A stretch of 64,000 bases of DNA from Clostridiales bacterium (GTDB taxonomy: Bacteria; Bacillota; Dehalobacteriia; UBA7702), in the NCBI GenBank assembly GCA_040766505.1, contig JAXGQJ010000010.1, forward strand, positions 268-64,267, in the 5' to 3' direction. Shown here piece after piece: positions 41,630 to 51,299 of the stretch (within the stretch, counting starts at the first letter, position 1; each line of letters opens with the position of its first letter). The notes beneath the pieces were generated by a model. That model was given only the letters and a program-made list of their open reading frames with translations, did not search any database and was not told the origin of the DNA. The position numbers and the translations under genes were made by a program.

Positions 41630-42976
41630 GTGTTGAGGGGGAAGAGGAGGACGGTGGCCCTGGTAGAAGCGGTGGTTCCCGGCAGCGCCGCCAATCGGCT
41701 GGGCATCGTGGGCGGCGATGTAATCACCGGGATCAATGGCCATATCCTGAGAGATATCATCGATTATCAGCTCTACACCGCCGAAGAACGGCTGACGGTG
41801 GCTTGGGAAACACCGAAGGGCGCGGCCCATAGCGCCGCCGTGACGAAGGATTGCGATGAGGATTTCGGCATTTCTTTCGCCGCCGCCGTCTTTGACGGCA
41901 TCCGGCTGTGCAGGAACCGCTGCGCCTTTTGCTTTGTCGATCAAATGCCGCGGGGGCGTCGGCAGACCCTTTATGTGAAGGACGACGATTATCGCCTTTC
42001 CTTCTTATATGGCAATTACATCACACTGACCAATCTGACGGAAGATGATTTTCAGCGCCTGGTTGCCGATAGGCTGAGCCCTCTCTATATCTCCGTTCAC
42101 GCAACGGATCCGGTTTTGCGGGAAAGGCTTTTGGGGATAAAGGAAACGACGCCATTGTTGGCAAATCTGGCCCGGCTGGCGGCGGCGCGCATCCACATGC
42201 ACGGGCAAATTGTTCTCTGCCCCGGCATCAACGACGGCGGCGCCCTTGAGGAAACGGTGGAAGCCATTGCCGCTCTGGGGGAGGCTTTTGAATCCCTGGC
42301 CCTGGTGCCGGTGGGCTTGACCCGCTTTCAGGATGACCCGGGTCTGCGCCCGTATCGCCAAGAGGAGGCCGCGGCGGTTCTCACCGCGCTGGATCTTTGG
42401 CAAAAGCGGTTTTGGCCGAAAGGGGCGGCCGCTTCGTCTTTGCCGCCGATGAATTTTATCTGTTGGCGGGCAGGGAAGTGCCGCCGGAAAGCGAATATGA
42501 AGGCTATCCGCAAATAGAGAACGGTGTGGGTCTGATCCGCCGGTTTTGGGAAGACTATGAATACGAGCGTGTACGCTTGCCGAAATCCATTCCGGCAAAA
42601 AAAGAGATCAGGTTTATCACCTCGGAAGACGGTGCAAAGGCCATCGGCGCCATCGTCAGCCTCTTTGAACGGGATTGAAAATTTAACCGCCGCCACCCTG
42701 ACCGTAAACAATCGATTTTTCGGGCCGACGGTAACGGTAACCGGCCTTTTAACAGCCGCAGATATCGTCGACCGGTTGAAAACGGAAGGCGATGGTGAGC
42801 GAACCTATCTGCTGCCCGATGTATTGTTAAAACATGGGGAGACCATCCTTTTGGATGATCGAACCGCGGCGGAAATAGCAAGCGATTCCGGCCATGCCAT
42901 TGCCATCGTACCGGCGGATGCCGCCGGTCTGGTGGATTATATTTGCGGCCTGGCGAAGGAAAGGAAAATGGTATGA
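41630..42976 (+). pseudogene. DUF512 protein (PDZ domain + radical-SAM-like domain); phase shifts near 42410 and 42670
   Basis: PDZ segment VVPGSAANRLGIVGGDVITGING, cysteine motif CRNRCAFCFVDQ and GNYITLTNL. The C-terminus continues through ORFs 42397-42678 and 42557-42976. Confidence 0.75.
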
Positions 42977-44295
42977 AACCGATCGTAGCTTTGGTTGGCC
43001 GTCCCAATGTGGGAAAATCAACGCTTTTTAACCGCATTTTGGGGGAGAGAAAGGCCATTGTTGAGGATATTCCCGGCATCACCAGGGACAGATTGTATCA
43101 TGATGCCAACTGGAATGGCCGGGATTTCATTGTCGTCGATACCGGCGGCATAGATTTTCAAAAATTGGACGGGCACATCGAAGCCCGCGTATACCAGCAG
43201 GTACTGTTCGCCATTGAGGAGGCCGACGTCATCGTGATGGTCGCCGACGGGCGCACCTGCCCTTTGGATGAAGACCAGCGAACGGCACGGTTGCTCAATA
43301 AAAGCGGCAAACCTGTTGTTTTGGCTGTCAACAAAATAGACAATTTCAACCAAACCGACCATTATAGCTTTTATGAATTGGGGCTGGGGGAGCCGATCCC
43401 CGTTTCCTCCCTCCACGGTATGAATACCGGCGATCTTCTGGATGCCATCGTCGCTCTTTTCCCCGCCGGGGAAGGGGGGGAAGAAGAAGAGGATGTGATC
43501 AAATTTGCCGTTATCGGCCGCCCCAATGTGGGAAAATCCTCCCTCGCCAACCGGATTTTGGGAGAGGAAAGAAATATTGTTTCCGATATACCGGGAACCA
43601 CCCGGGACGCCATCGATACCCCCTTCAGCAGGGAAGGCCGGCAATATCTGTTGATTGATACCGCCGGGATGCGCAAGCGCGGCAAAATTGTGGAAACGAC
43701 GGAACGATACAGCATCATCCGTTCGCTCCGCTCCATCGATCGCAGCGATATCGTCCTGATGCTGTTGAACGCCGAGGACGGTGTGACGGAGCAGGACAAA
43801 AAGATCGCCGGCTATGGCCATGAGGAGGGGAAGGGCATCGTTCTCGTGGTCAACAAATGGGACGCCATCGAGAAGGATGGCAAAACCATGAACCGCTTTG
43901 AAGAAGACATCCGGGAAGAGATGGCCTTTTTATCCTATGCGCCGATCGTTTATGTTTCCGCCCTGACGGGGCAGCGGGTGGAAAAGGTGCTGGAATGGGT
44001 AAATTACGTTTCCGAACAGCAAAATCTCCGGGTTGCCACGGCCCGGCTCAATGAAGTGCTGCGGGAGGCCACCCGCCTCAACCCGCCCCCCAGCGATAAG
44101 GGCCGTCGCCTCAAAGTGCTTTATGGCACCCAGGTCGGGGTGAAGCCGCCGAAGTTCGCGATTTTCGTCAATGACCCGGAGTTGGTGCATTTCTCCTATG
44201 AACGCTATTTGCAAAACCAAATCCGCAGAAATTTTGGGTTTGAGGGCACGCCGCTTTGGCTAATGATCCGACAAAGCAATGAAAAGGAGAAATAA
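42973..44295 (+). CDS. der: Ribosome-biogenesis GTPase Der (EngA)
   Basis: Two G domains (GRPNVGKSTLFN, GRPNVGKSSLAN; DTGG, DTAG; NKID, NKWD) and a KH-like C-terminus. Confidence 0.95.
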   Translation: MKPIVALVGRPNVGKSTLFNRILGERKAIVEDIPGITRDRLYHDANWNGRDFIVVDTGGIDFQKLDGHIEARVYQQVLFAIEEADVIVMVADGRTCPLDEDQRTARLLNKSGKPVVLAVNKIDNFNQTDHYSFYELGLGEPIPVSSLHGMNTGDLLDAIVALFPAGEGGEEEEDVIKFAVIGRPNVGKSSLANRILGEERNIVSDIPGTTRDAIDTPFSREGRQYLLIDTAGMRKRGKIVETTERYSIIRSLRSIDRSDIVLMLLNAEDGVTEQDKKIAGYGHEEGKGIVLVVNKWDAIEKDGKTMNRFEEDIREEMAFLSYAPIVYVSALTGQRVEKVLEWVNYVSEQQNLRVATARLNEVLREATRLNPPPSDKGRRLKVLYGTQVGVKPPKFAIFVNDPELVHFSYERYLQNQIRRNFGFEGTPLWLMIRQSNEKEK

Positions 44296-44303
44296 GATCA
44301 AAA

Positions 44304-44900
44304 ATGCCGTTTAAAATTGCATTGCTCGTTCTTTCCTATTTTTTAGGCGCCATCCCTTTCTCCTATGTGGTGGGAAAATGGAGCCGGGGCATCAATATTT
44401 TAGAACATGGCAGCGGCAATGCCGGCGCCACCAATACCCTGCGGGTTTTGGGGATCCGCCTCGGCATCGTCGTCCTCGTTTCCGATTTTGGCAAAGGCGT
44501 TTTGGCCGCCTATATCGGTTATCTCGGCGGTGGCCCGGAATTCGCCGCCTGGACTTCTCTTGTCGCCATTTTGGGCCATACCTTTTCTGTCTTTATTCAC
44601 TTTCGCGGCGGTAAAGGGGTTGCCACCGCCGGCGGGGCCCTGTTGTTTCTGGCTCCCGACGTTTTTATGATGGCCTTTGTCTTGTGGTTTTCTATCGTTT
44701 TGCTGTCGAAATATGTCTCCCTCGCTTCCATTGCCGCCGCCATCGCGGTGATCTTTCTTTCCTTCCTTTTTGTGGAGGATGTCTATGTCCGCGTTCTGCT
44801 GGTGATCTTTGCCTCTTATGTTTTATACAAGCACAATGACAATATAAAACGGTTGCTGAACGGCACGGAGAAAAAAATAACACTGAAACGGAAGGTTTGA
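44304..44900 (+). CDS. plsY: Acyl-phosphate:glycerol-3-phosphate acyltransferase PlsY
   Basis: 198 aa, multi-TM, with GSGNAGATN and HFRGGKGVAT. Confidence 0.9.
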   Translation: MPFKIALLVLSYFLGAIPFSYVVGKWSRGINILEHGSGNAGATNTLRVLGIRLGIVVLVSDFGKGVLAAYIGYLGGGPEFAAWTSLVAILGHTFSVFIHFRGGKGVATAGGALLFLAPDVFMMAFVLWFSIVLLSKYVSLASIAAAIAVIFLSFLFVEDVYVRVLLVIFASYVLYKHNDNIKRLLNGTEKKITLKRKV

Positions 44901-44901
44901 T

Positions 44902-45930
44902 ATGTCAAAAGAAAAATGTGCGGTGATCGGCTCGGGAAGCTGGGGGACGGCCCTTGCCTCCCTTCTGGCCGACCGGGGCTTTTCCACAAAGGTCTGGGGC
45001 ATTGAGCGCCATGTGCTGGAAGAAATCAATCGGCAGCATACAAATGCGCATTATCTGCCGGGTATCGTTTTGCCCGATAGGCTCATTGCGGTGGAGCAGA
45101 TAGAGGAGGCTTTGGACGGCGTTGATTTGGTGGTGCTGTCCGTACCGTCCCAAGCGGTGCGGGAAAATGTGCGGCGTATCGGCGGCCTTTTGAAAAGGGA
45201 CGCGATCATCGTCAATACCGGCAAAGGCTTTGAATTGGCAAGCCACAAACGGCTGTCCGAGGTGATTCGGGAGGAATTGCCATCGCCACTGCGGCGGCGG
45301 GTCGCCGTTTTATCCGGCCCCAGCCATGCCGAGGAAGTGGCCAGGAAAATGCTGACGGCCATCGTCGTGGCGGCGGAAGACGAAGCGGTGACCGACAGGG
45401 TGCAGGACATGTTTATGACCGATTATTTTCGGGTCTATGCCAACCGGGACATCATCGGTGTTGAAATTTGCGCCGCATTGAAGAATATCATTGCCCTCTG
45501 TGTCGGTATGATCGACGGCTTGGGGTTCGGCGACAATACCCGCGCCGCGGTGATGACCCGTGGCATTACCGAGATTGCTCGGCTTGGCGATGTGATGGGG
45601 GCCTGTACCGCCACATTTTTTGGTCTGGCCGGGGTTGGGGATCTGATTGTGACCTGTACCAGCAAACACAGCCGCAATTACCGGGCGGGTTTCGCCTTGG
45701 GACAGGGGAAAAGCCTTGAAACCGTGCTTTCCTCCATGGGAATGGTGGTCGAGGGGGTCAGCGCCACGAAAATTGCCGCGGAACTGGCGCTGGAGTATGG
45801 CGTGGAATTGCCGATCATCCAATCGTGTCACGGCGTATTGTTTGAAGGCATGGATCCCCATGACGCGGCCAAAGCGCTGATGGCCCGCGAAAAAAGGATG
45901 GAAAGCGATTTTCATTGTAAAACCGATTGA
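44902..45930 (+). CDS. gpsA: NAD(P)H-dependent glycerol-3-phosphate dehydrogenase
   Basis: 342 aa. VIGSGSWGTALA, NTGKG, GPSHAEEV, LKNIIAL and SRNYRAG. Confidence 0.93.
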   Translation: MSKEKCAVIGSGSWGTALASLLADRGFSTKVWGIERHVLEEINRQHTNAHYLPGIVLPDRLIAVEQIEEALDGVDLVVLSVPSQAVRENVRRIGGLLKRDAIIVNTGKGFELASHKRLSEVIREELPSPLRRRVAVLSGPSHAEEVARKMLTAIVVAAEDEAVTDRVQDMFMTDYFRVYANRDIIGVEICAALKNIIALCVGMIDGLGFGDNTRAAVMTRGITEIARLGDVMGACTATFFGLAGVGDLIVTCTSKHSRNYRAGFALGQGKSLETVLSSMGMVVEGVSATKIAAELALEYGVELPIIQSCHGVLFEGMDPHDAAKALMAREKRMESDFHCKTD

Positions 45931-46115
45931 TGTTTTTACTGCACTGATTTGCCGGGATGGCGCGGCCCGGTTGCTCCGGATCGGCCCCTGCTTTACACTA
46001 TATATAAATGGAAGAGATAAAAAGCGAGCCCTTTCGGCGTGGCAAAGGCGGTCAAATGCCATGCGCGCGGCGGAAGCGGAAAATAGGAACGGATTTTAAA
46101 GGAGGTCTGGCTTTT

Positions 46116-46395
46116 ATGTCTGAGATTCAAGTGAAAAACCTGATGGAAGAATTGGTAAACGACAGAATCGACAATCTGATGGAATTGGAGAACATCTGCC
46201 GAAGCCCGCGCTGTCGGGCCGATGTATATGCCTTGGCCTTAAACCATTTGCCGCCCAAATACATCGCCAGCGCCAGCGGGATATGTTTGCCAGGGTGCGG
46301 CGGTTAAAGGCCAGTTTCAGGCCGACATCACCACCGCGATTCTCCGGCCATCACGGTGGTGGCCCGCACCCCAGCCATGAGGAAGAAAAAAGTAA
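46116..46395 (+). pseudogene. ComFB-family (late competence development) small protein, phase-shifted; the 3' end is uncertain
   Basis: MSEIQVKNLMEELVNDRIDNLMELENICRSPRCRADVYALALNHLPPKYI, then AAVKGQFQADITTAIL in another phase. Confidence 0.55.
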
Positions 46396-46444
46396 AAAGC
46401 AGCAACCGGGCTTGTCGGCGTCTTTCTATGTACCGATATCGGTC

Positions 46445-46487
46445 GGCTTCGTAAACGCATTTGCTTTTGCGAAGCCTTTTTTGTTTT
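46445..46487 (+). terminator. Rho-independent terminator
   Basis: ggcttcg (46445-46451) pairs with cgaagcc (46470-46476), followed by ttttttgtttt. Confidence 0.65.
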
Positions 46488-46604
46488 CGCCTTTCTCCCT
46501 TTGATTTTCTTGGTCTAAAATCGGGGTCGGTTCATATACTTAGTTGTAAGCAAGCACCTGAAAACATCGTTTGCTATATATGGCAAAAAGAGGGAGGGAA
46601 ATTT

Positions 46605-48073
46605 GTGGAAAAGGCAGATGTGTTGCAACATATCAGCGAACGTACCGGTGGCGACATTTACCTTGGGGTGGTAGGCCCGGTTCGCACCGGTAAATCGACT
46701 TTTATCAAAAGGTTCATGGAATTGTTGGTCCTTCCCAATATTGAGGAATTCCATGAGCGGGAAGTCGCCCAAGACGAATTGCCCCAGAGCGGGGGCGGAC
46801 GGTCATGACGACGGAGCCGAAATTCATACCTTCTAAGGCGGTGGAAATCAGCGTCCAGGAAGGCATCAATATGCGGTCCGTATGGTGGATTGTGTGGGGT
46901 ATGCCGTGCCCGGCGTCCTCGGCTTTGAGGAAGGGGAAGAACCCAGAATGGTGCATTCCCCCTGGTTTGAAGAGGAAATTCCCTTCGAACAGGCGGCGGA
47001 AATCGGCACCCGTAAGGTCACCGACCATTCCACCATCGGCATTCTCGTTACCACCGATGGCACCATCACCGATATTCCCTGAAAGTTATCGGGATGCCGA
47101 GGAACGGGTCGTTTTTGAATTAAAGGAACTCAATAAGCCTTTTGTCATCGTTCTCAACTCTCAACCCCCTATGGAGCGGAAGCCTTGGAACTGGCGGAGG
47201 AACTGCGGAACCGGCTACAATATTTCCGTCGTTCCGTTGGACGCCGCCAATATGGCCCAGGAAGACGTGATCAGCGTCCTCAGGGAATCCCTCTATGAAT
47301 TCCCGGTCACCGAAGTGAATGTGAATTTGCCGGGCTGGATCGAGGAATTGCAGCCGACTCCACTGGCTGCGGGGCGGCATGGAGGGGGATATTTGCCGGA
47401 TCATCGGTGAGATCTGCCGCATACGGGATCTGAGGACGCCGTCGACGCGCTGCGGGAATTGGAGCAGGCCGCCGAGGTTCGTTTGAGCAATATGGATTTA
47501 AGCACCGGCGTTTCCGATATCGAGATCGCCATCGCGGGAGAGCTCTTCTATAAGGTTCTCGGCGAATTCGCCGGGGAACCGGTGGAAGGGGAGCAGACGA
47601 TCATGCGGTTGATCAAAACATATGCCGCCGCCAACCGGGAATGGACCAAGGTGCAAGAAGCCATGGAGGAAGTGCGGAAGCCGGCTATGGCGTGGTGACG
47701 CCCCAACTGGACGAATTGTATCTGGAGGAACCGGAGCTGATCAAGCAGGGCGGCCGCTTTGGGGTGAAGCCAAAAGCCAGCGCCCCGAGTTACCATATCA
47801 TTCGCGCCAATATCACGACGGAGATCACGCCGCTGATCGGCACGGAAAAGCAATGCGAGGAACTGGTGCGCTATATCTTAGAGGAATTCGAGGACGATCC
47901 GCAGCGGATGTGGAATACGAATATCTTCGGCAAATCCCTGCACGACCTCGTGCAAGAGGGCATCCAGGGCAAGCTCTTGCACGATGCCGGAATCGGCCCA
48001 GAGGAAACTGCAAATGGCGATGCAGCGCATCGTCAATGACGGCGGCGGCGGTTTGATCTGCATCATCATCTGA
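46605..48073 (+). pseudogene. spoIVA: Stage IV sporulation protein A (spore-coat morphogenetic ATPase), at least 8 phase shifts
   Basis: GTG after agagggaggg. ERTGGDIYLGVVGPVRTGKSTFIKRFMELLVLPNI, MTTEPKF, VDCVGYAVPG, IGTRKVTDHSTIGILVTTDGTITDI, KPFVIVLNS, VLRESLYEFPV, GTEKQCEELVRYILEEFEDDP and GGGGLICIII* are each readable but lie in alternating phases. Confidence 0.9.
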
Positions 48074-48095
48074 AGGAGTGAGAAACAGAATAGAA

Positions 48096-48135
48096 AATCG
48101 CCCGAAAGTCATCTCATGGCGGCTTTCGGGCGATT
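48096..48135. terminator. Strong hairpin between convergent spoIVA and the lipoprotein gene
   Basis: 13-bp stem aatcgcccgaaag (48096-48108) pairs with ctttcgggcgatt (48123-48135). Confidence 0.7.
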
Positions 48136-48179
48136 CATTGTCAGCGAATGCGAGATTCACCTTGTGCTGTTTATATTGT

Positions 48180-48638
48180 TTATTCCGACGCTTCCTCCTG
48201 TCCCGGCGGCCAATCTTCCAGCACGACATCGGAGACATCGCCAAACTGATCAGCGATATAGGCACGAAACTTTTTGATGCCTTCCGCATCGGCGCCAAAA
48301 TTGTCTTTTTAATCCTGATCGGATCTTTGAGCCAAAGAGATCATCGAATATTTAAAATCTCTACGGGCGGACTCCAGGGTAACGCCGACGCCGGGCTCAA
48401 AATCCTCTTCATCGAGCCACTCATATAATTTTTCATCGGGCCAATCATACATGGCCGGTATGCCATTGGGGCCATTGAGTTCAGAGGCGCCCATGGGGCC
48501 GAAATCATATGCACCGTTTTCATCGATATAAATGGGTCTTTCATCTTCGCCCTGATCGGCAGTTTGCCAGCCACAGCCCCATAAAAAAATAGGCAGCAAG
48601 AGCAGCAAAGACAATCCTAAAACACGTTTTATAGCCAT
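48180..48638 (-). pseudogene. Putative lipoprotein; an in-phase TAA at 48309-48311 is followed by 42 more sense codons
   Basis: ATG at 48638 after aaggtgg. Lipobox LLLLLPIFLWGC. After ...SDQD* the same phase continues KDNFGADAEGIKKFRAYIADQFGDVSDVVLEDWPPGQEEASE*. The adjacent phase reads RIKK across an A5 run. Confidence 0.55.
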
Positions 48639-48717
48639 ATGATCCACCTTTTGTTTTAATCTCTCCATCATAGAGTCGAACCGACCAGATCATGGTCAAG
48701 GTTGCGCTAGCAGTTTT

Positions 48718-48771
48718 GATTTCTTTGTCGGTGGAATTGGGGTCCTATAAAATTGCGATTTCTTTATCGGT
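48718..48771. repeat. Two 15-nt direct repeats (14/15 identical), 39 nt start to start
   Basis: gatttctttgtcggt (48718-48732) and gatttctttatcggt (48757-48771), in an AT-rich spacer 80-135 nt upstream of the lipoprotein start. Confidence 0.8.
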
Positions 48772-49010
48772 ATACCCCATATTTTTTGGTTCATTAGATT
48801 CTTCCACAGGGGATAAAGAAAACTTTTTTATGATTAACCTCCTCGTTTTGCCATTAAGACTTTATCACAATATTGCAACGGCTGTTTGGAAGAACCTCCT
48901 TTCTAAGGTCAATATATATTAGGATACTATATTACGCAGCCTCAGTCAATTGGCTGGATTCTCATTAAAAATGTCCTGAAAACAGAGATTTATTATGATG
49001 GGGCGGCGGT

Positions 49011-49733
49011 TTAAATCTCCAGCAAAAATTTAGGTGTAAAATTTAGATAATCGGCGCTGGTCAGATGAAAGTCAATGTTCCAGTGCTCGCCCTCAATGGC
49101 GATTTGGTGGCTTTTGTCGTGCAGGTGGCCGTAGACCGAAGCGCAAACGGCATAGGAGCGCAGCATATGCACCACTTCATTTTCTTCCCATTTCTCATTG
49201 ACCGGCATGAAGTGGTTCATGTTCAAAATGCAGTCGGTTTGGGCCGCCTGCAAGGAAAGCTCCTGCCGGATCAATTCCCGGCGATAGATTTTTTCCGCCT
49301 GGGCGTCAAAGTCCGACAGCCCCGGCACCATCCAAAGCCGGGTGCCGGTGATCGATACATCGCCGCAGCGATAAGCGGAATTCTGTAGGATTTCACAGTT
49401 TGGCGGTAAAATTTCCCGAATTCGCTTCGGGCTCTGCCACCAAAAATCGTGGTTGCCTTGTATCAGCAGCTTTTTCCCTTTCAGGAGGGAGAGAAAGGCC
49501 AGATCCGGCTTGAAATCCTGCAACCGCAGGGCCCAGGACACATCGCCGGCGATCAAAACCAGATCCCGCTCCGTTACGGTTTCCTGCCAATTGCTATAGA
49601 TTGTTTGACAGTGGTTTTTCCAGGCTTCGCCGAAAACCCCCATCGGCTTATAGAGCATCGCGTCGCCGAGATATTGGGGATCCGGCGGCTGTAGGAAAGA
49701 AAGGTGGAGATCGGCAATGGCATATATCTTCAC
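49011..49733 (-). CDS. Metallophosphoesterase (calcineurin-like)
   Basis: IYAIADLHLS, IAGDVSW, QGNHDFWW and VYGHLHD motifs. Confidence 0.8.
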   Translation of the reverse strand: MKIYAIADLHLSFLQPPDPQYLGDAMLYKPMGVFGEAWKNHCQTIYSNWQETVTERDLVLIAGDVSWALRLQDFKPDLAFLSLLKGKKLLIQGNHDFWWQSPKRIREILPPNCEILQNSAYRCGDVSITGTRLWMVPGLSDFDAQAEKIYRRELIRQELSLQAAQTDCILNMNHFMPVNEKWEENEVVHMLRSYAVCASVYGHLHDKSHQIAIEGEHWNIDFHLTSADYLNFTPKFLLEI

Positions 49734-49742
49734 AATAACCTC

Positions 49743-50009
49743 CTAAATGACGGAAAGGAAGAGAATCAAAAGGAAATGCAGCAAGAAGGCGAAGGGGAAC
49801 AGAAGGCGGAAGGCCCATTTTTTCGTCTTATGGCGAAAGGAGAGCATCCCCAACAAACCGCCGCCCGCGCCGCCGAGAAAAGCGAGGCCGAACAGGGAGG
49901 CTTCGGAAATTCGCCGCCATTTCCGGATGGCGGCGCGCTTGTCATAGGCCATGAAGAAAAAAAGCAAAACATTGGTAACGAGATAGTAAAAGAGGATCAT
50001 TCTGTCCAT
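49743..50009 (-). CDS. DUF1294 membrane protein
   Basis: 88 aa. AYDKRAAIRKWRRISEASLFGLAFLGGAGGGLLGMLSFRHKTKK matches my memory of the DUF1294 signature. Confidence 0.65.
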   Translation of the reverse strand: MDRMILFYYLVTNVLLFFFMAYDKRAAIRKWRRISEASLFGLAFLGGAGGGLLGMLSFRHKTKKWAFRLLFPFAFLLHFLLILFLSVI

Positions 50010-50271
50010 ACTGGTTTTGAACCTTCGCCCTGTTAAATTTTTCTTATCATACCCGTAAAATCACGGGAAGTCAATATATCCGTTCGGTGAAAACCGGGGG
50101 GTCGGCTTCATATTGCCTGGCATAGACCTTGAGGCCCGTGGTCTTTGTCCGGCGCGGCCTGAGGAAAGACGGCTTTGGCCCTTTGAACTTATGGTTAAAA
50201 ACGAAAAATCTTCCATTTATGTATAAAAAAGAAAATACTCCTTATAATAACGGAAAAAGGAGGAAGTTTAT

Positions 50272-50484
50272 ATGCATGTATTAAGCCGTATCTTCTTGGT
50301 CATCGTCATCATCGGCGCCATCAATTGGGGGCTGATCGGCCTTTTTCAGTTCGATTTGGTCGCGGCGATTTTCGGCGGCATGTCTTCCATCGCCAGCCGG
50401 ATCGTCTATGCCATCGTCGGCATTTCCGGCCTCTATTGCATCAGCCTTCTGTTTACGCCTTCATTGGAAAGCCAAGAAGCATAA
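50272..50484 (+). CDS. DUF378 small membrane protein
   Basis: 70 aa with IGAINWGLIGLFQFDLVAAIFGG and an RBS aaaggagg. Confidence 0.7.
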   Translation: MHVLSRIFLVIVIIGAINWGLIGLFQFDLVAAIFGGMSSIASRIVYAIVGISGLYCISLLFTPSLESQEA

Positions 50485-50583
50485 AGAAAACGGTGTGAAA
50501 ATTCTAAAAGAGGGTATCTCAAAGGCCACTCCCATTCGCCGGTCTTTGAGATACCCTCTTTTTATGGTGCAATTTTGTGCGGT

Positions 50584-51204
50584 TTAGGCCAAAATCAAAC
50601 CTTGGCAATTGTTGCCGACAAGGGCGGCATTGGCTTCGTCGGTGTCGAGATGGAAGTCCAGCTTCATTTTGTCGCCGACCCTGGCGATCACATCGCAGAA
50701 AACGACGGTTTTTTCGCCTTTGACCAGAACCGTCAAAACCTGATGGTCGGCAATTCCCATGGCCTTTGCTTCATCGGTATGGAAGTGAATATGGAGATGG
50801 GCGACGATGCAGCCCTTATCAATTTCAATTTCCCCTTTGGGGCCAATGATTTTGCAGCCGGGGGTGCCGTCAAGATCGCCGGATTCACGGAGCGGCGCCT
50901 TAATGCCGATTTTTCTCGCGTCGGTCTGTGCCAATTCCACCTGGGTTTCCGGGCGCACAGGCCCCAAAATGCGAATGCCGGCAAGCTCCCCTTTGGGGCC
51001 GACGACGGTCACCGTTTCCTCACAGGCAAATTGCCCCGGTTGGGACAGGTCTTTTGTGGGGGTCAATTGATAATTTTCGCCAAAGAGCTTCTCCAAGTCT
51101 GCCTGGCAAACATGGACATGGCGATTGGAAATCCCGATCGGAATGGTGTTTTCCTTCTCATCCAAATTCATTTCTCTCAGTTGATTATAGTCAGACATGC
51201 ACAT
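50584..51204 (-). CDS. pduL: Phosphate propanoyltransferase PduL
   Basis: 206 aa with a duplicated PduL fold: IGISNRHVHV..., GPVRPETQVELAQTDARKIG, IVAHLHIHFHTDEA and HLDTDEANAA. Confidence 0.85.
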   Translation of the reverse strand: MCMSDYNQLREMNLDEKENTIPIGISNRHVHVCQADLEKLFGENYQLTPTKDLSQPGQFACEETVTVVGPKGELAGIRILGPVRPETQVELAQTDARKIGIKAPLRESGDLDGTPGCKIIGPKGEIEIDKGCIVAHLHIHFHTDEAKAMGIADHQVLTVLVKGEKTVVFCDVIARVGDKMKLDFHLDTDEANAALVGNNCQGLILA

Positions 51205-51299
51205 TATTTTTGTCCTCCTTCACTGCCATCATTGTAGCAAATCCTCTCCCGCGATGACAAGAAAATTTCCTGCCTTTTGATTGTTTCCTTGTGATTTTT

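Noticed and set aside
48672-48695. GGTTCGACTC on the minus strand, resembling a tRNA or tmRNA T-loop.
   Set aside because: The flanking bases do not form a T-stem, and no acceptor or anticodon arms can be drawn. I saw no tRNA-like cloverleaf elsewhere in the window.
50117-50132. TGGCATagaccTTGAG, a sigma-54-like element upstream of the DUF378 gene.
   Set aside because: The essential -12 GC is GA, and there is no nearby activator or supporting context.
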